DNA from: Pelagomonas calceolata
Taxonomy: Eukaryota
Length of the DNA: 64,000 nucleotides
NCBI GenBank assembly: GCA_918797485.1
Contig: CAKKNE010000006.1
Coordinates: forward strand, 1,674,001 to 1,738,000
Direction: 5' to 3'
Under the pieces are notes generated by a model. It had not been told where the DNA came from. It saw only the letters and a program-made list of their open reading frames with translations, and ran no database searches. Below, piece by piece: positions 9,994-22,498 of this stretch (the stretch's first letter is position 1; each line of letters starts with the position of its first letter). The position numbers and the translations under genes are program-made.

Positions 9994-11896
9994 TCACAGG
10001 GTTACGTCCCACGGCACGCGGTCGACGCGTCCCGCCGGCGGCGCCGCTCCGAGGTGGAGGTGCTCGCGCAGGAAGGCGCCGCAGTAGTCGAGCGCGCGCC
10101 GGTTCCGCGGCGACGAGTGCGTGCCCTCGACGTCGGCGATGACGCGCGAACCGCCGTAGGCGCGGGCGAGCGCCTCCGTGTGCTGGGCGCCGAGCAGGGC
10201 GTCGCCCGTGGCGCGGAGGAAGAGCGCGGGCGCGTGGCACAAAGGGGCGCGCGCCACGGGCCGGAGCTCGTCGAGCGTGACGCCGGCGCGCTCGCGCACG
10301 CTCGCGTCGAGGAGCGCGATGACGGCCTGCGCGACGGGCCACGGCGCCGAAAACCCGCCGACCGTGCTCCGCTCGGCCAGCTCCGCCGCAACCTGTGCGG
10401 AAATCAAATTTTACGGCGTGTTCGTGCTGAATCATCGCGTCGTCCTCGCACCCGACGCACTGGTTGATTTCCACACAGGCCGCGACCTGCCGAACGTCTG
10501 CATACGATCCATCGAGGACGCAGCACGCGAGCGCGGCGTCGTATTTCGCCATGCAGAACAGCAACGCCGCGGCTCCGGCCGACGAGCCCCAGCCCGCGAT
10601 CCGGGACACGCGCGCGTCGCCGCGCAGAAACTGCACGGCTGCGGCAATGTCGTCCGCCTCGCGAAACCCGAGCGTGACCACGTCGCCCTCCGAGAGCCCT
10701 GCGCCCGCGAAGTCGAGCGCGAGCACCGAGCAGCCGAGCGAGAGCAGGAGCGCCAAGTAGTGCACCGCCTGAACGCGCGACGCCGAGTTCGCGTGGCAGA
10801 AGATGACGCAGGGCCGCTTTGCGGCGTCGTCGACCGCCCAGTGGCTCGCGACGAGGCGCTCGCGCCGGACGTTGCTTAAAGTAATGTCGCGCCGCAGCAC
10901 GCGTCCCTCCGCGATTTCGAACGACGTGGGGCCGAGACTCTGCGCGTCGTATGCGGCGCGCGGCGGCCGGATGATCGCCGCGACGAGGCCCTCGTAGAGC
11001 GCCGTGAGCGAGTCGCGTCGTTTTGGTTTCTCGAGGCGGGGCCGCGGCGGCCGCTCGGCCCAGGCCGCGGCGGCGTAGTCGTCAAGTAGGAGGAGCAGCG
11101 CGCGCGCGGCGTCGGCCGTCTCGAGCCGGAACGCGAAACGCCGGTCGCCCGCCTCGAACCGCACGCTCGCCCCGCGCCCGACCCACCGCTGGGGGCGACA
11201 CGTCGCGACCGCCGCGCCGTCGGCGCCGAGCACGTCGGCGCCACGGCAGCTCGCCCTCAAGACGACGCGCCGCCCGGCAAGCCGCGCGGGCGCCCCGGCC
11301 GTCGCGCGGAAGGCCACGGTGCCAAAGGCCGGCCACGTTGCGGCGAGCGCGAGGAAGTCGCGCGCGGCGTCGGCCCGCGGGTCGCGGCGCCGCGCGCCGA
11401 GCTCGAGCACCACGTCGACCGCCCAGTCGTCCAGGGCCCGCGCCCGGAGGACGCGCCGGCTGAGGCACCGCGGCAACGCGGCGCGCACCTCCGCCAACGA
11501 GAGCGGCGGCGCGCTTCCGTCGACGAGCTGGGCGGCCGCCGCCCGCGCGCCGTCGCGGACGGGGCACGGCCACGTGTCGGCCAGCGCGCAGCAACGCGCC
11601 TGGCGAAAGGCCAGGTCCCGAAGCGCCGCGTCCTCCTCCACGGCGGCCCGGAGCCCGGCCGTCCAAAGTCGCACCAGAATCACGAGGCGGCCGCCGTTCG
11701 CCAGCGCCGTCGCGCGGCCGAGGGGCGCCGCCTCGACGGCGCCGGTCGCGCTCGCCGCGTGGAGGGCGAGAAACCGCGCGTGCGGTTTTTTCACGTCGAG
11801 GCGCGCCGCCGCGGTCGCGAGCGCGTCCCCGACGCTTGCCCCGTCCTGCAACGCGAGTTCACAGTCCATGCCATCAGCAAAGTAAATTTTCGCCAT
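9994..11896 (-). CDS. FERM-like N-terminal region fused to an alpha/beta hydrolase; exons 11896-10487 and 10392-9994
   Basis: Hydrolase motifs IIRPPRAAY, HANSASR, GWGSSAGA (nucleophile elbow), GDALLG and GTHSSPR. The N-terminus (KIYFADG..., LAATWPAFGTVAF) resembles FERM lobes. Removing intron 10393-10486 restores the frame (ADVRQ|VAAELAERS). Confidence 0.75.
10393..10486 (-). mobile_element. Introner element (GT-AG intron, 94 nt)
   Basis: TIRs CTGTGTGGAAATCAA...TTGATTTCCGCACAG. 8-bp TSD GTCGCGGC/GTTGCGGC (plus-strand 10479-10486 and 10385-10392). The donor GT comes from the TSD and the acceptor AG from the TIR. Confidence 0.92.
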
Positions 11897-12188
11897 AGAG
11901 AGAGCTTAGGAGCTCTTGTTCCTTGGCTTCCTTTTGTCCTCTATTTACTTATTTAGGATGGCATGTCGCTGGCTGCGAGAAAATAAGCTTTAAAACCCGG
12001 TTTTTTTTAAACTAACCCTACCCCTTATACGGCTAGGCGCGCCCCCGCAACCCGAATTGACTATAGCTATTTCCTCTAACCCTTATGCGGATTCTAGCTC
12101 GCGCATAGCCTCGCGCGCGCATGGCGGCAGCGGCAGCACATGCTGCGTGCGTGCCCAGAAAAAAAAAGAACGACACTATATTTACCAC

Positions 12189-13346
12189 CTACGGGAGCGG
12201 CTCGTCGTGGTCGCCGAGCCGCGACAGGTACACGAACGCGTCCGTCCCGAAGCCCTCCATGGACATGAGCGTCAGGTCGCCGCCGAAGTACCGCGCGTAG
12301 GCCCGCGAGATGGGCAGGCCGTAGCCGAGGCCCGCGAGCGGCGCGCCGGCGAAGTCGCTCCCGCCGCCCGAGAAGCCCCGGGCCTGCACGTCGCGCGACG
12401 CCGTCGTGTACAGGTAGGACCAGACGCGCCGCAGGTCGGACCGCGCGATGCCGCCGCCCTCGTCCGAGACCTTGAGGGCGACGTCCTCGTTCGCCTCGCC
12501 GTCGGCGACGACGACGCGCACGGCCGGCGGGTCCTCGGGGCTCGCCTCGCACGACGCGCGCATCGAGTTCTTGAGCAGTTCGAGCAGGATGTAGAAGGCG
12601 TGGTCCGGCACGTACTCGAAGTCCAGGTCCGTGCGGCCCTCGATCTTCACGTCCGGCGCGACGCCGAATTGCCGCTCGCACAGGTGCCGGGCCTGCAACG
12701 CCGCGTCCTCGGCGATGCGCGCCGGCGCCACGGCCGTGCTCAGCAACCCGACGGCGTCCTCGCCGTGGGCCGGCTCCCGCAGCGCGAGGTACTGCCCGAT
12801 GATCATCCGAATGCCGATCCGCGACGTGTAGAAGCTGTCGAGGAAGCTGTGGATCGACGCGTCGTCCTCGAACGCGCCCTCGTAGTTCTCCCGGAGCTCG
12901 TACGCGCCGTGCGCCATGGTGTACAGGACGCCGGCGTGCCGCTCGTAGATCGTCTCCAGTAGTTTGGCGAAGGCCCGCTCCGTGGTAGCATCCGCGGGCT
13001 TGGGCGCCTCCTGGATCTCCAGCGCGGACCGCGCGTACCACTCGCGCACCTTTTTGACCGACGGCATCTCGTGCAGCGCGGGCAGCCGGTCGAGCTCGAC
13101 GACGCGCCGCGCGAGCCGGATCGGCAGCTCGTGGCGCAGGAAGCCCGCGATCGACAAGAGGGCGGTCGTCGCCTCGCGCGCGTCGCCTCTGCTCAGCCGG
13201 AGGTGCTCCTTGCCCGCCTCCCCCAAACCTCGCAGCGACACGCTCGTCTGCGGCTTCGACGCCAGGGCTTTGAGTGACGTCTCCCAGTTGCACCGTCTAA
13301 TCGGCCGGAGCCGCCGCCGGCCGCCGAGGAGCAGGGCGCGGCGCAT
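12189..13346 (-). CDS. PDK: Mitochondrial pyruvate dehydrogenase kinase (PDK/BCKDK family)
   Basis: FLRHELPIRLA, FYTSRIGIRM, ELLKNSMRA, DEGGGI, YLYTTA and LAGLGYGLPISRAYARYFGGDL motifs; Arg-rich mitochondrial presequence. Confidence 0.93.
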   Translation of the reverse strand: MRRALLLGGRRRLRPIRRCNWETSLKALASKPQTSVSLRGLGEAGKEHLRLSRGDAREATTALLSIAGFLRHELPIRLARRVVELDRLPALHEMPSVKKVREWYARSALEIQEAPKPADATTERAFAKLLETIYERHAGVLYTMAHGAYELRENYEGAFEDDASIHSFLDSFYTSRIGIRMIIGQYLALREPAHGEDAVGLLSTAVAPARIAEDAALQARHLCERQFGVAPDVKIEGRTDLDFEYVPDHAFYILLELLKNSMRASCEASPEDPPAVRVVVADGEANEDVALKVSDEGGGIARSDLRRVWSYLYTTASRDVQARGFSGGGSDFAGAPLAGLGYGLPISRAYARYFGGDLTLMSMEGFGTDAFVYLSRLGDHDEPLP

Positions 13347-13776
13347 ATAGCTGGTGGTGACCGAGCGGTACGAGCTTGAAAGTGCCTTATGAGAGCGCGC
13401 GCTTGCACGAAGATGTTTCACCACTGTCTAGACTTTTTGGTGCTTGTGTGTGCTTGGCAATGCTGCTTGCTAGTGTCTTACAGGCGCTAGCTTCCCAGCC
13501 CATCTTCCCGGCCCGTCGAACAGGCCAAGGCACGTCGCTTGCGACCGGCCGGCCTCTGTTCGGAGCGAAACCTCACACCATTCGTGTCTGGGTTCTCGGG
13601 GGGCAGGGTGAAACAACACCCTATCGCCAATCCCAATAGACACGGTGGCGAAGCGTTCGGGGTCCGTACTACCTGGGGGTGGGTTCAATAAGCGACTCTC
13701 TCTCTCTCTTTCTCTCCAGCCAGTCCTAGCACCATAACAACTCTATGATTAGCATCGGAACAGGACAGGGTACACA

Positions 13777-15030
13777 TCACGCCTTGAAGGCCGTCGTGTC
13801 GAGCGACTGCGGGTGGTACCGCGGGTCGGCGTCGTACCCGTAGGCGGCCGCGAGGTCGCGGCACGCCGCGGCCAGCGCCGCGTCGAGGCGTTCCACGTCG
13901 GCCCAGGACACGGCCGGGACCTTGGACGGCACCCGCAGCGCCTCGCTGCGCGCGAGCCGCCGCGGCTCGAGGATCGGCTGGACCACCTTCGAGGACGTGG
14001 CGTGGTGGCGGCCGTCGCCCCGGCAGAGGAAGTCGGGGAACCCCGCCGCGCTGCAGACGGCGCGCGGCGACGTCTCCTCGACGAGGAAGCGCGCGTCCGC
14101 GATTTTCTCGAGCCGCCGGTTCTGGAGGAGCCAGAGCCGCGCGGCCCGCCGGACCGGCGGGTCGGTCCGGTCGAGGCCCGGCTCGACGCCGTAGAGCCAG
14201 TCCCAGAAGCGGTCGTGGGCGCGCGTCGCCCGGACCACCGACGAGATGACGCGGAGCGGGTGCCGCACCTGGTGGAACACGACGCAGAAGCGGTGGCGCC
14301 GCGCGTCGAGGCTCGCCGGGTTGTTGATGACGTAGGTCGCCGCCTTCCACGTGAACAGCCACGACACGGACCCCGCGGGCCCGAGGCCCTCGTGGTGCAC
14401 GTGTATGCCGAGCCGGGCGAGCATCTCCCACGTGAAGTGCGTGCCGCTCCGCTGCACGCCCGTGACCAGAATCTGGCGCTTCGCGGGGCCGCGCCGCTCG
14501 CCCTCGCCCGGGCACGCGGCCTCGCCCCGGAGCGAGATCCGCGCCCGCGCGCAGGCCTCCGCGTCGGGCCGGTCGTACCAGAAGATGCCCTCCGCGCTCG
14601 CGTTGCGCCGCGGCGCCGCGCAGCGGTCCGTGGCGAAGAACGCGTCGGGCGGCGGGCCCCGGGCGCCCCACGTCGCCGTCGTCGCGAAGGGCGTCGCCGG
14701 GCGCGCCGCGGGCGCCGCCGCCGCCGCCGCCCGCGGTTTCGCTTCCGGCGGCGCCGCGGGCGCCGCGGGCGCCGACGCCGGCGCCGCCGGCGCCGCCGCC
14801 GCGAGCTCGGCGTCGACCGCGCGCTGGCGCGCCGCGAGCTCGAGGAGCTCGTGCTCGAGCGCGCGCACTCGCTCCGCGCGCGCGCCGACGGCGTCGCCGA
14901 CGCGCGCCGCGGCCAGGACGGCGCGAGTCCTAATGACGACCGCGGCGAGCGCCAGTAGGGCTAGCAGCCGGAGCGCGGCGCCGCCGAGCGACCGCTCCCG
15001 CGCGTCCTTGCGCGCGGCGTCCGACGCCAT
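13777..15030 (-). CDS. Type II membrane sulfotransferase-like protein
   Basis: N-terminal TM segment plus coiled-coil stalk; PAPS-binding-like TGVQRSGTHF and QVRHPLRVISS motifs; C-terminal AAAYGY. Confidence 0.72.
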   Translation of the reverse strand: MASDAARKDARERSLGGAALRLLALLALAAVVIRTRAVLAAARVGDAVGARAERVRALEHELLELAARQRAVDAELAAAAPAAPASAPAAPAAPPEAKPRAAAAAAPAARPATPFATTATWGARGPPPDAFFATDRCAAPRRNASAEGIFWYDRPDAEACARARISLRGEAACPGEGERRGPAKRQILVTGVQRSGTHFTWEMLARLGIHVHHEGLGPAGSVSWLFTWKAATYVINNPASLDARRHRFCVVFHQVRHPLRVISSVVRATRAHDRFWDWLYGVEPGLDRTDPPVRRAARLWLLQNRRLEKIADARFLVEETSPRAVCSAAGFPDFLCRGDGRHHATSSKVVQPILEPRRLARSEALRVPSKVPAVSWADVERLDAALAAACRDLAAAYGYDADPRYHPQSLDTTAFKA

Positions 15031-15409
15031 GGGGCTGCCTCAGCTACCAGGGGTCCGCACCGTGCCTCGGGGCTGCCTCGGCCGGTGTGGCAAAGACCCA
15101 GCCGTAGGAACGCAAACGTACCGTGGTAAATAACCCCCCCCCCGCGGGAAAGCTCTACCCAAGCCCCTCTAGCCCGTACCGTAGGCACCACGGTACTGCG
15201 GTACCCATTGCCGTCGCATAATCGCTCTATTATTCGCGTCTCGCTAGCGCTACGGCCAATAGCGCATTTATTGGACTCGCGCAGCTCGGACGACGGGCGT
15301 TCGCGTGCTTGATCCGTTGGACCCAGCCCTCGCAAGCTGCCGCCGCGGGTAGCACCGGTCGCGAGCCGCCAGCGCCGCAGCGGGATCGCCCGGCGCGCGG
15401 CCGGCGAGG

Positions 15410-15691
15410 ATGCTCTTCTACAGCATGTTCAAGACGCTAGTGGGCAAGGAGATCGCGGTGGAGCTCAAGAACGACGTCGCGCTCACGGGGACGCTGCACT
15501 CGATCGACCAGTACCTGAACATAAAGCTGCTGGACGCGCGCGTCGTCGACGCGGCGCGGCACCCGCAGCTCGTGGCCGTGTCGTCGGTCTTCGTGCGCGG
15601 CTCCGTGGTGCGGTACGTGCAGCTGCCCGCGGCCGACGTGGACGCGGAGCTGCTGCAGGACGCGTGCCGCAAGGCGAGCGTGAAGGCCTAA
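15410..15691 (+). CDS. LSM2: U6 snRNA-associated Sm-like protein LSm2
   Basis: MLFYSMFKTLVGKEIAVELKND...SIDQYLNIKL...FVRGSVVRYVQLP...LLQDACRK closely matches the LSm2 consensus. Confidence 0.96.
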   Translation: MLFYSMFKTLVGKEIAVELKNDVALTGTLHSIDQYLNIKLLDARVVDAARHPQLVAVSSVFVRGSVVRYVQLPAADVDAELLQDACRKASVKA

Positions 15692-16075
15692 GGGAACCGC
15701 GTTGATTTTTTAGCGACGGTCATGCGTGCGCGAGGGGGGGGGCGCCGGGCGCCGCGAGAGTCGGTTGCCGCGGCATGTACTCACTATCCGTGACACCTTA
15801 TGTCTCCCGATCGATGCGGGGGGGGCGCTCCGGCCGGCCCGCGCCGCGCCGCGAGCTCGGAGACCCCGAAACCGAGGTTTCATCTCCTGGGCAAGGCGTA
15901 GCCATCGACGCCGGGGAGCGTGCCGAAAGGCGTCCGGGGCGGCCGCCGCCACGAAAGCGTAGCATACGTGTCGACCGTCGCTGGGCGCGCGGGGCTGCCC
16001 AGTTCTGAGGGCGGCCCGGTTCTAAGCGAGGTGCTGCCCGCCGGCCCCCCGAGCCCGGCGTATAGATTGCGGAAG

Positions 16076-19000
16076 ATGGGCGACGTCAGCGACCGGTTGG
16101 AGGTCAAGGTCGTCGCCGCGCGGGGGCTCGGCGAGGTCGAGGGCGGCGACTGCAACCCGTTCGCGCTGGTGCGGTGCGGCGCCGAGGAGGAGCGGACGGC
16201 CGTCGCCTCGGCGACGTCGGCGCCCGAGTGGAACGCGAGCACGATGATCTTCACGGACGTCGCCGACGCGGCGGACGACGTCGTCGTCGCCGTCATGCAC
16301 AAGGCCCTGTCGGCGGCGCGGGACCAGGCGCTGGGCCGCGCCGTGATCAGCCTGCGGACGTGCTTCCAGGCCGTCGGCGTCGAGCAGGACGACTGGTTCC
16401 CGCTCGAGGACGCGGACGGCCGGGCCTGCGGCGAGGTCCGGCTCGAGCTGGCGTACTTCGTGGACGCGGACGACGACTTCCCGGAGGACGACTCGGACGA
16501 CGAGGCGGCGAGCGGCGGCGAGCCGAACATGGTCCGGGGCACGATCTGCCGCGCGCGCGGGCTGCGGCACCCGGACCGCGCGGGCCCCGTCGACGCGTAC
16601 TGCACGGTGCGCGTCGGGCGGCACAAGGCCTCGACGGCGACGGTCCGCCGCAGCAACGGGCCGCTCTTCGACCACGCGTTCGAGCTCCCGTGCGGCGACG
16701 GCGCGGCCTGCGTCCGGGTCAAGGTCAAGGCGCGCGCCGCGTTCGGCTCGACGCTGATCGGGGAGGCCGTGCTGCCCATGGTCGAGGTCGCGGCGCACGG
16801 CGAGCCGGGCTGCTCGCGCTGGTGCCGGCTGGAGGGCAAGGACGGGGAGGTCGGGAAGGAGCGGGGCGCCGTGGAGCTGCAGATCGCGTGGGTGCGCGAC
16901 CGCAAGTACGCGCGGTCGCTCGCACGGCTGGGCGCGAGCCTCGGGGACCTCGCGGGCGGCCTCTGGGGCCCGGGCCTAGGGGCTCGTACGGAGGGCGCGG
17001 AGGACCGGGACGAGGGGCCGAAGGAGGACTGGCTGCTCGAGGAGGACGCCTTCGCGCCGCAGCACCTCACGTCGCGGGAGCAGGAGGAGCTGGACGAGCG
17101 GCGGAGCGCGGGCGCCATGATGGCCGGGCGCGTCGTCGACGAGCTCGAGGGCCGCCGCGCCGCGGCCATGAAGCCCGGCGACTACGCCGTGCAGGTCCAC
17201 GTCATCGAGTGCCGGGACCTCAAGGCGGAGGACCTGAACGGGCTGAGCGACCCCTACGCGCGCGTGCGCGTCCACGGCCGCCAGCGCAAGACGCGCGTCG
17301 TGAAAAAGGTGACGTCGTGCGTCTTCGACGACGTGCTGCACTTCTCCCTGCCGAACCTGACGACGGCGGCCGCCGAGGCGGCCGCCGTCGACATCGCCAT
17401 CCTGGACCACGACGCCATCGGCCGGCACGCGACGATCGGGAGCGCGAGCTTCGACCTGCGGAAGGTCCACGCGCTCGCGGACCACGAGTTCTACCGCAAG
17501 TGGGTCGGGCTCGTCGACACGACGAACAGCGCGGACAACGGCTACCAGGGCTTCCTCAAGTGCTCCGTGACCGTGCTCGGGCCCGGCGACGAGCAGCGGG
17601 CCCACGACCTCGACGCGGAGTACCAGCGGGAGCTGGAGCGGGAGGAGGAGGAGGGGCGGGGCATCGCCCTGAGCGGGCCGACGCTGCCGCCCGCGCGCCT
17701 GACGTTCCTCGTCGTGTACTGCTGGGAGGCGGAGGACCTGCCGGCCACGAAGCGGAACCTCCTCGCGTCGAACCTGCTCAAGTGCTACGTCGTCGCGGAG
17801 GCGGGCGGCGCGTCCTGCCGGACGCAGACGCGCCGGTGCCGGGCCGACCCGAAGTTCGGCGAGGAGCTCTGGTTCCCGGTCACCGAGCCGGTCGAGTTCC
17901 GGCGCGTGGCCGTCGGCCTGGCGGACTACGTCTGGGGCGGGCGCGACCGCACCGTCGCGTACCTGTACCTGGACGTGGACGACGTGCCGCGGAGCGACCG
18001 CGCGGTCAAGACGTCGCTCTTCGGCACGACGTATCAGGGCCCGCGGCCGCGGTGGCACAACCTGTACGGGGCGCCGCGCGGCGTCCAGGGCCGGCGCGGC
18101 GCGCCCCAGAACCGGTACGGCGCCGGGGCCTCGACCTACCGCGGCCGCGTCCTGCTGTCCCTGGAGGTGCTGACGCGGCCGCCGCGGCGCGAGGCCACCG
18201 TGCCCCACCGCAAGGCCTTCGCCTTCCGACCGACGCCCGGGCTGAAGCCGGCCACGGCGCCCTACCACCTGCGGGCCCTCGCGCTGATGGGCTCGGAGCT
18301 GCCCGTCGTCCGGGCGCCCGGCCGGCCGCGGCCGCTGAAGCTCGGCCTGACGGTCGCCATCGGCAACCACGTCCTGGAGTACGCCGCGGCGGCCAACGCG
18401 CGGGGCGTCGTCGAGTGGAACGAGCTCCTGACGCTCAAGGGCGTGCACCTGCCGGTGCTGCTCGAGGAGCTGCCCGACGTCGTCGCGTGCGTCGTGGCCG
18501 GGCGGCGCCACGTCGGCTTCTGCCGCATCCCCGCGGCGGCGCTGCTCAAGGAGCAGATGCGCGGCGCGCCGACGTGGCACCGGCTCACGGCCGAGGCGGC
18601 GCGGGGCGGCCTCGGCGACGAGAACCCGGGCGCCCTGCTGCTGCAGCTCGGCCTGGGGCTGAGCGAGGACGCGAACGACCCGCACTTCAGGTGGGACGAC
18701 CTCGGGCTCCTCGAGAAGTTCGCGGACAAGCGGCCCTGCTGCGTCCGCGTGTACGTGTACCAGGCGCGGAACCTGCCGCCGGCGACGGCCGAGGGCCTGC
18801 TCGACCCCTACGTCAAGGTCCGGTTCTGCGGCCGCAAGGAGAAGACGCGCGCGCACGCCCACACGACGAACCCGCTCTTCTACGAGACGCTGGACCTGCA
18901 CGCCCTCGTGCCGCGGGACGCGCGCTACGGCCCGGACGTCGTGCTGCAGGTCTGGAACCGGCGCGCGGTGGGCCGGCGCAACGCGGCGATCTGCTCGCTC

Positions 19001-21151
19001 CGGCTGCCGCTCGGCGACCTCCCGGAGCTCGCGCACGACACGGCGCGCGCGCCGGACCCGCGGTGGCACGGCTGCGTGGACGCGTCCGGCCGCGCGCTCG
19101 CGACGGAACTCCTCTGCTGCGCCGCGCGCATCCGCAAGCGCGACGCCAAGGAAAAGTTCTCGAAGCCGCCCTCGATCGCGCCGCTCAACCGCATGGCGTG
19201 GGTCGAGGTCACCGTCGTCGGCGTGCGGAGGCTGCGGAGCGCCTACGGGAGCAGCCCGCGCCGGCCGTGGCTCCGGTTCGACGTGCCCGCGCCCGACGAC
19301 AAGGGCGACGGCGGCGGCACGTTCCGGACGCCGGCGTCGGCGCAGCCGAGCGGCCGCGACGCGAACTTCCTCGTGCGGCGCGTGCTGCAGGTGGAGCTGC
19401 CCGAGGACCCCGAGCTGGCGCCGCGGCTGGACATCCGCTGCTTCGACTCGAGCCGCGTGGGCGCCGCGCCCCTGCTCGGGTCGTGCGCCGTCGACCTGCG
19501 GCCGAAGCTCCCGTGGAACCCCGTCGACTACGTCGCGCCGCAGTCGGAGCTGTTCGACGACGCCCAGGCGCGGGCCCTCGCGGAGCAGCGCGAGCGGGAG
19601 GAGCGGGCGAAGGCCGCGAAGGCGGACGAGGACGACGCGAGCGACGAGGACGCGGAGCCGGGCAACGTCGGCGTGTCGTTCGGCGCCGGCGACGGCGACA
19701 ACGACGACCTCTCGTCGAGCGACGGGGAGAGCGTGGTCCACCGGGAGCTCGAGGTCCGCGGGGACGCGGGCCGCGACGACGGCGGCACGGGCGCCTTCGG
19801 CCAGGACATGCTCGACAGCCTGCCGCCGGTCCTCGAGGACGCGCGGTACCGGGAGGAGCTCGCGCTGCGCGAGGAGGCGATCCTGCACGAGCAGGGCGAG
19901 GAGCGGCGGGGCCTGCTCGAGACGCTGGGCGCGCGCCTCGCGGCCGCGGCGGACGTCGGCGAGGCGCCGGGCGAGCCCCAGTACGCGCTCAAGGACCTGG
20001 ACATCGACTTCCCCTCGCAATGGGCCGCCGCCGACTTCGTCGACGGCCGCGAGTGGTGGCTCCACCAGGAGTCCGGCGAGCTCGAGAAGTACCTGCACAC
20101 GAGGCCCTTCGAGACGTACACGCTCTACCGGGGCCGGCGGCACCCGAACCCGGCCAAGTCGACGCTGCGCGAGGTGGGCCACGTCAAGGCCGTGATTCGG
20201 GTCCTCGACGAGGACCCCCAGTTCTCGGAGCCGCTGTTCCCGCTGTCGGTGCTGCGCGTCGGGACGTACGCCGTCCGCGTCTACGTGATCCGGGCGGCGA
20301 ACGTCGAGCCGCAGGACGGGCCGACGGCCGACCCCTACGTCCGCATCAAGCTCGGCGACGACGTCCAGACGGGCGCCGTGCGGAGGTCCACCCTGAAGCC
20401 GGACTTCTACGAGTGCTTCGAGTTCAGCACGCGGCTGCCCGGGCCGGCCCAGGTCAAGGTGCAGCTGCGGGACCACTCGCGGTGGCGGCCGGCGCACGCG
20501 GTCCTCGGCGAGAGCCGGCTCGACCTGGAGGACCGGTGGTTCCACCGGAAGTGGCAGGCGCTCGACGAGCGGTCCGAGGCGAACCCGGGGAACCCGCTCA
20601 AGCCGATCGAGGTCCGGCGCCTGACGCGGGACGGGTCGCTCGTCGCGCGGGGGCAGCTGTACGCCTGGGTGGAGATCCGCAAGGACGCGGCGGCGCGGCG
20701 GGACCCGCCCGTGGCGCTGGAGGGGCCCGAGCGGCGCGAGTTCGAGGTCCGCGTCGTCGTGTGGGCCTCGAAGGACGTGCCCTTCGAGATGGGCGACTAC
20801 TACGTGCAGGCGCAGGTCGGCAACTCGCGGCCGCAGAAGACGGACGTGCACTGGCGGTGCCGCAACGGCAAGGCCTCGTGGAACTGGCGGCTCAAGATCG
20901 GGGTCGAGCTGCCCCTCGCGTCGCCCGACCTCGGGCGCCTGAGCGTGCAGCTCTGGGACCAGGACGTCGTGAAGTGGAACGACATCGTGGGCGAGGCCAC
21001 GGTCGACCTGTACCGCTGGCTGCTCAAGGCGTACCACGAGAACCGCGCGGTGAACGTCTTCCGGGAGGTCAACGAGGCCGTCGCCCGCAAAAAGGCCGAG
21101 GAGCAGGGCCTGGCGACGGCCGAGGACCTGGCGGAGAGCGACGGGTCGTCG

Positions 21152-21198
<47 letters not shown>

Positions 21199-21763
21199 CG
21201 GCGACGAGGGGGGGGGCGGGGACGGCGAGGAGACCAAGGAGGCGCCCCCGGGCGACGAGGCGACGAACCCGCTGCTGGCCGCGGAGAAGAAGAAGGAGGA
21301 GAAGGCGAAGGAGAAGGAGGGGGGCGCGGGCCCGCCCGTGGCCGACGCGGACTCGAACCAGGAGGCCGCCTTCTTCGTGAAGCAGCTGAAGGAGTTCGTG
21401 GGCCTCGGCGACATCGACGACACGGCGCAGTGGGTCGCGATGACGTACAACGACGTGCGGCGGCGGCGCGTGAGCCGGCGCGGCGCCGTCGCGCTCAGCG
21501 TCGAGATCCTGCCGCCGGAGGAGGCCGAGGACCGCCCGGCGGGCCAGGGCCGCTCCGAGCCGAACGCGAACCCGTTCCTCCCGCCGACGACGGGCCGCAT
21601 GTCGCTCTCGTACAACCCGCTCGCGATCGTCTCGGCGCTGCTGGGGCCGAGGCTCGCCTTCCAGCTCCTCTGCTGCCTCTGCTGCGTGCTGCTGCTCGTG
21701 GTCATGGGCATCCTCGGCATGTACTTCACCAGCTTCTACACGCTCTGGCAGTCCCTGTCCTAA
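16076..21763 (+). CDS. Ferlin (multi-C2-domain, tail-anchored membrane-fusion protein)
   Basis: Several C2 domains (LSDPYARV, LLDPYVKV, ADPYVRIKLG, KTDVHWR...WNWR); ferlin motifs DLEDRWF and GQGRSEPNANPFLP; single C-terminal TM helix. Start at ATG 16076. Confidence 0.9.
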
Positions 21764-21775
21764 CACTGTTTCATG

Positions 21776-22498
21776 TTAACCGGGGGTGGGCGCGTAGACG
21801 CGTCCGGCGCCGTAGGCCGCGAAGAAGGCCGCCCCGTCCCGTGTCCGGTGCGTCGTCGCGATCGACCGTCGCGGCACGGGCCCGGCGAGCGCGAAGCGCG
21901 CGCGCGCGGCGTCGACGAGCGCCGTGCCCAGGCCGCGGCGCCGCCGCGCCGCGAGGACCCAGACCGCGGCCACGCCCATCGTGCGGGGGGCGCCGGGGAC
22001 GGGCTCGACGAGGCACAGCCCGACCGCGCGGCCCCGCGCGACGGCGACGTACGCGGTCGCCGCGTCGTCCTCGCCCCCGCCGCCGTCGTCGGTCGGCGCG
22101 CCGAGGTCGCGCGCGGCCGTGCGCCGCGCCTCGCGCACGACGGCCCGCAGGCTCCTCGCGTCCGTCGGCCGGACCTCGACGACGCGCGTGCGGTCGTCGA
22201 CGTCGGCCGCGACGCGCGCGTCGGCGCGCTCGAGGCGCGCCGCCGGCGCGCCGCGCCGGAAGGCGTCGCAGCGCCGCGCGTGCGCCGCCTCGTCCGCCGC
22301 GTCGCCGACGACGTAGAGCAGCCCGCAGCGGGCGCACTCCGCGCGGCGCCCGAGCGACCGCTGGCCGAGGTCGAGGAGCGTCTGCGCGGCCCGCTTCTTC
22401 TGCGGCGGCGGCGGTCGAGGAGTCTTCCGGCGCTTCGGCGCCGCCGTCTTTACGTCGCAGGCCGCGCGGCGGCGGGCGCCGAGGGCGGGAGTGCTCAT
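21776..22498 (-). CDS. ECO1: Eco1/ESCO cohesin acetyltransferase
   Basis: QTLLDLG PIP-like box, zinc finger CARCGLLYVVGDAADEAAH, GNAT motif GVAAVWV...RRRGLG and C-terminal T..GAAF. Confidence 0.88.
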   Translation of the reverse strand: MSTPALGARRRAACDVKTAAPKRRKTPRPPPPQKKRAAQTLLDLGQRSLGRRAECARCGLLYVVGDAADEAAHARRCDAFRRGAPAARLERADARVAADVDDRTRVVEVRPTDARSLRAVVREARRTAARDLGAPTDDGGGGEDDAATAYVAVARGRAVGLCLVEPVPGAPRTMGVAAVWVLAARRRRGLGTALVDAARARFALAGPVPRRSIATTHRTRDGAAFFAAYGAGRVYAPTPG

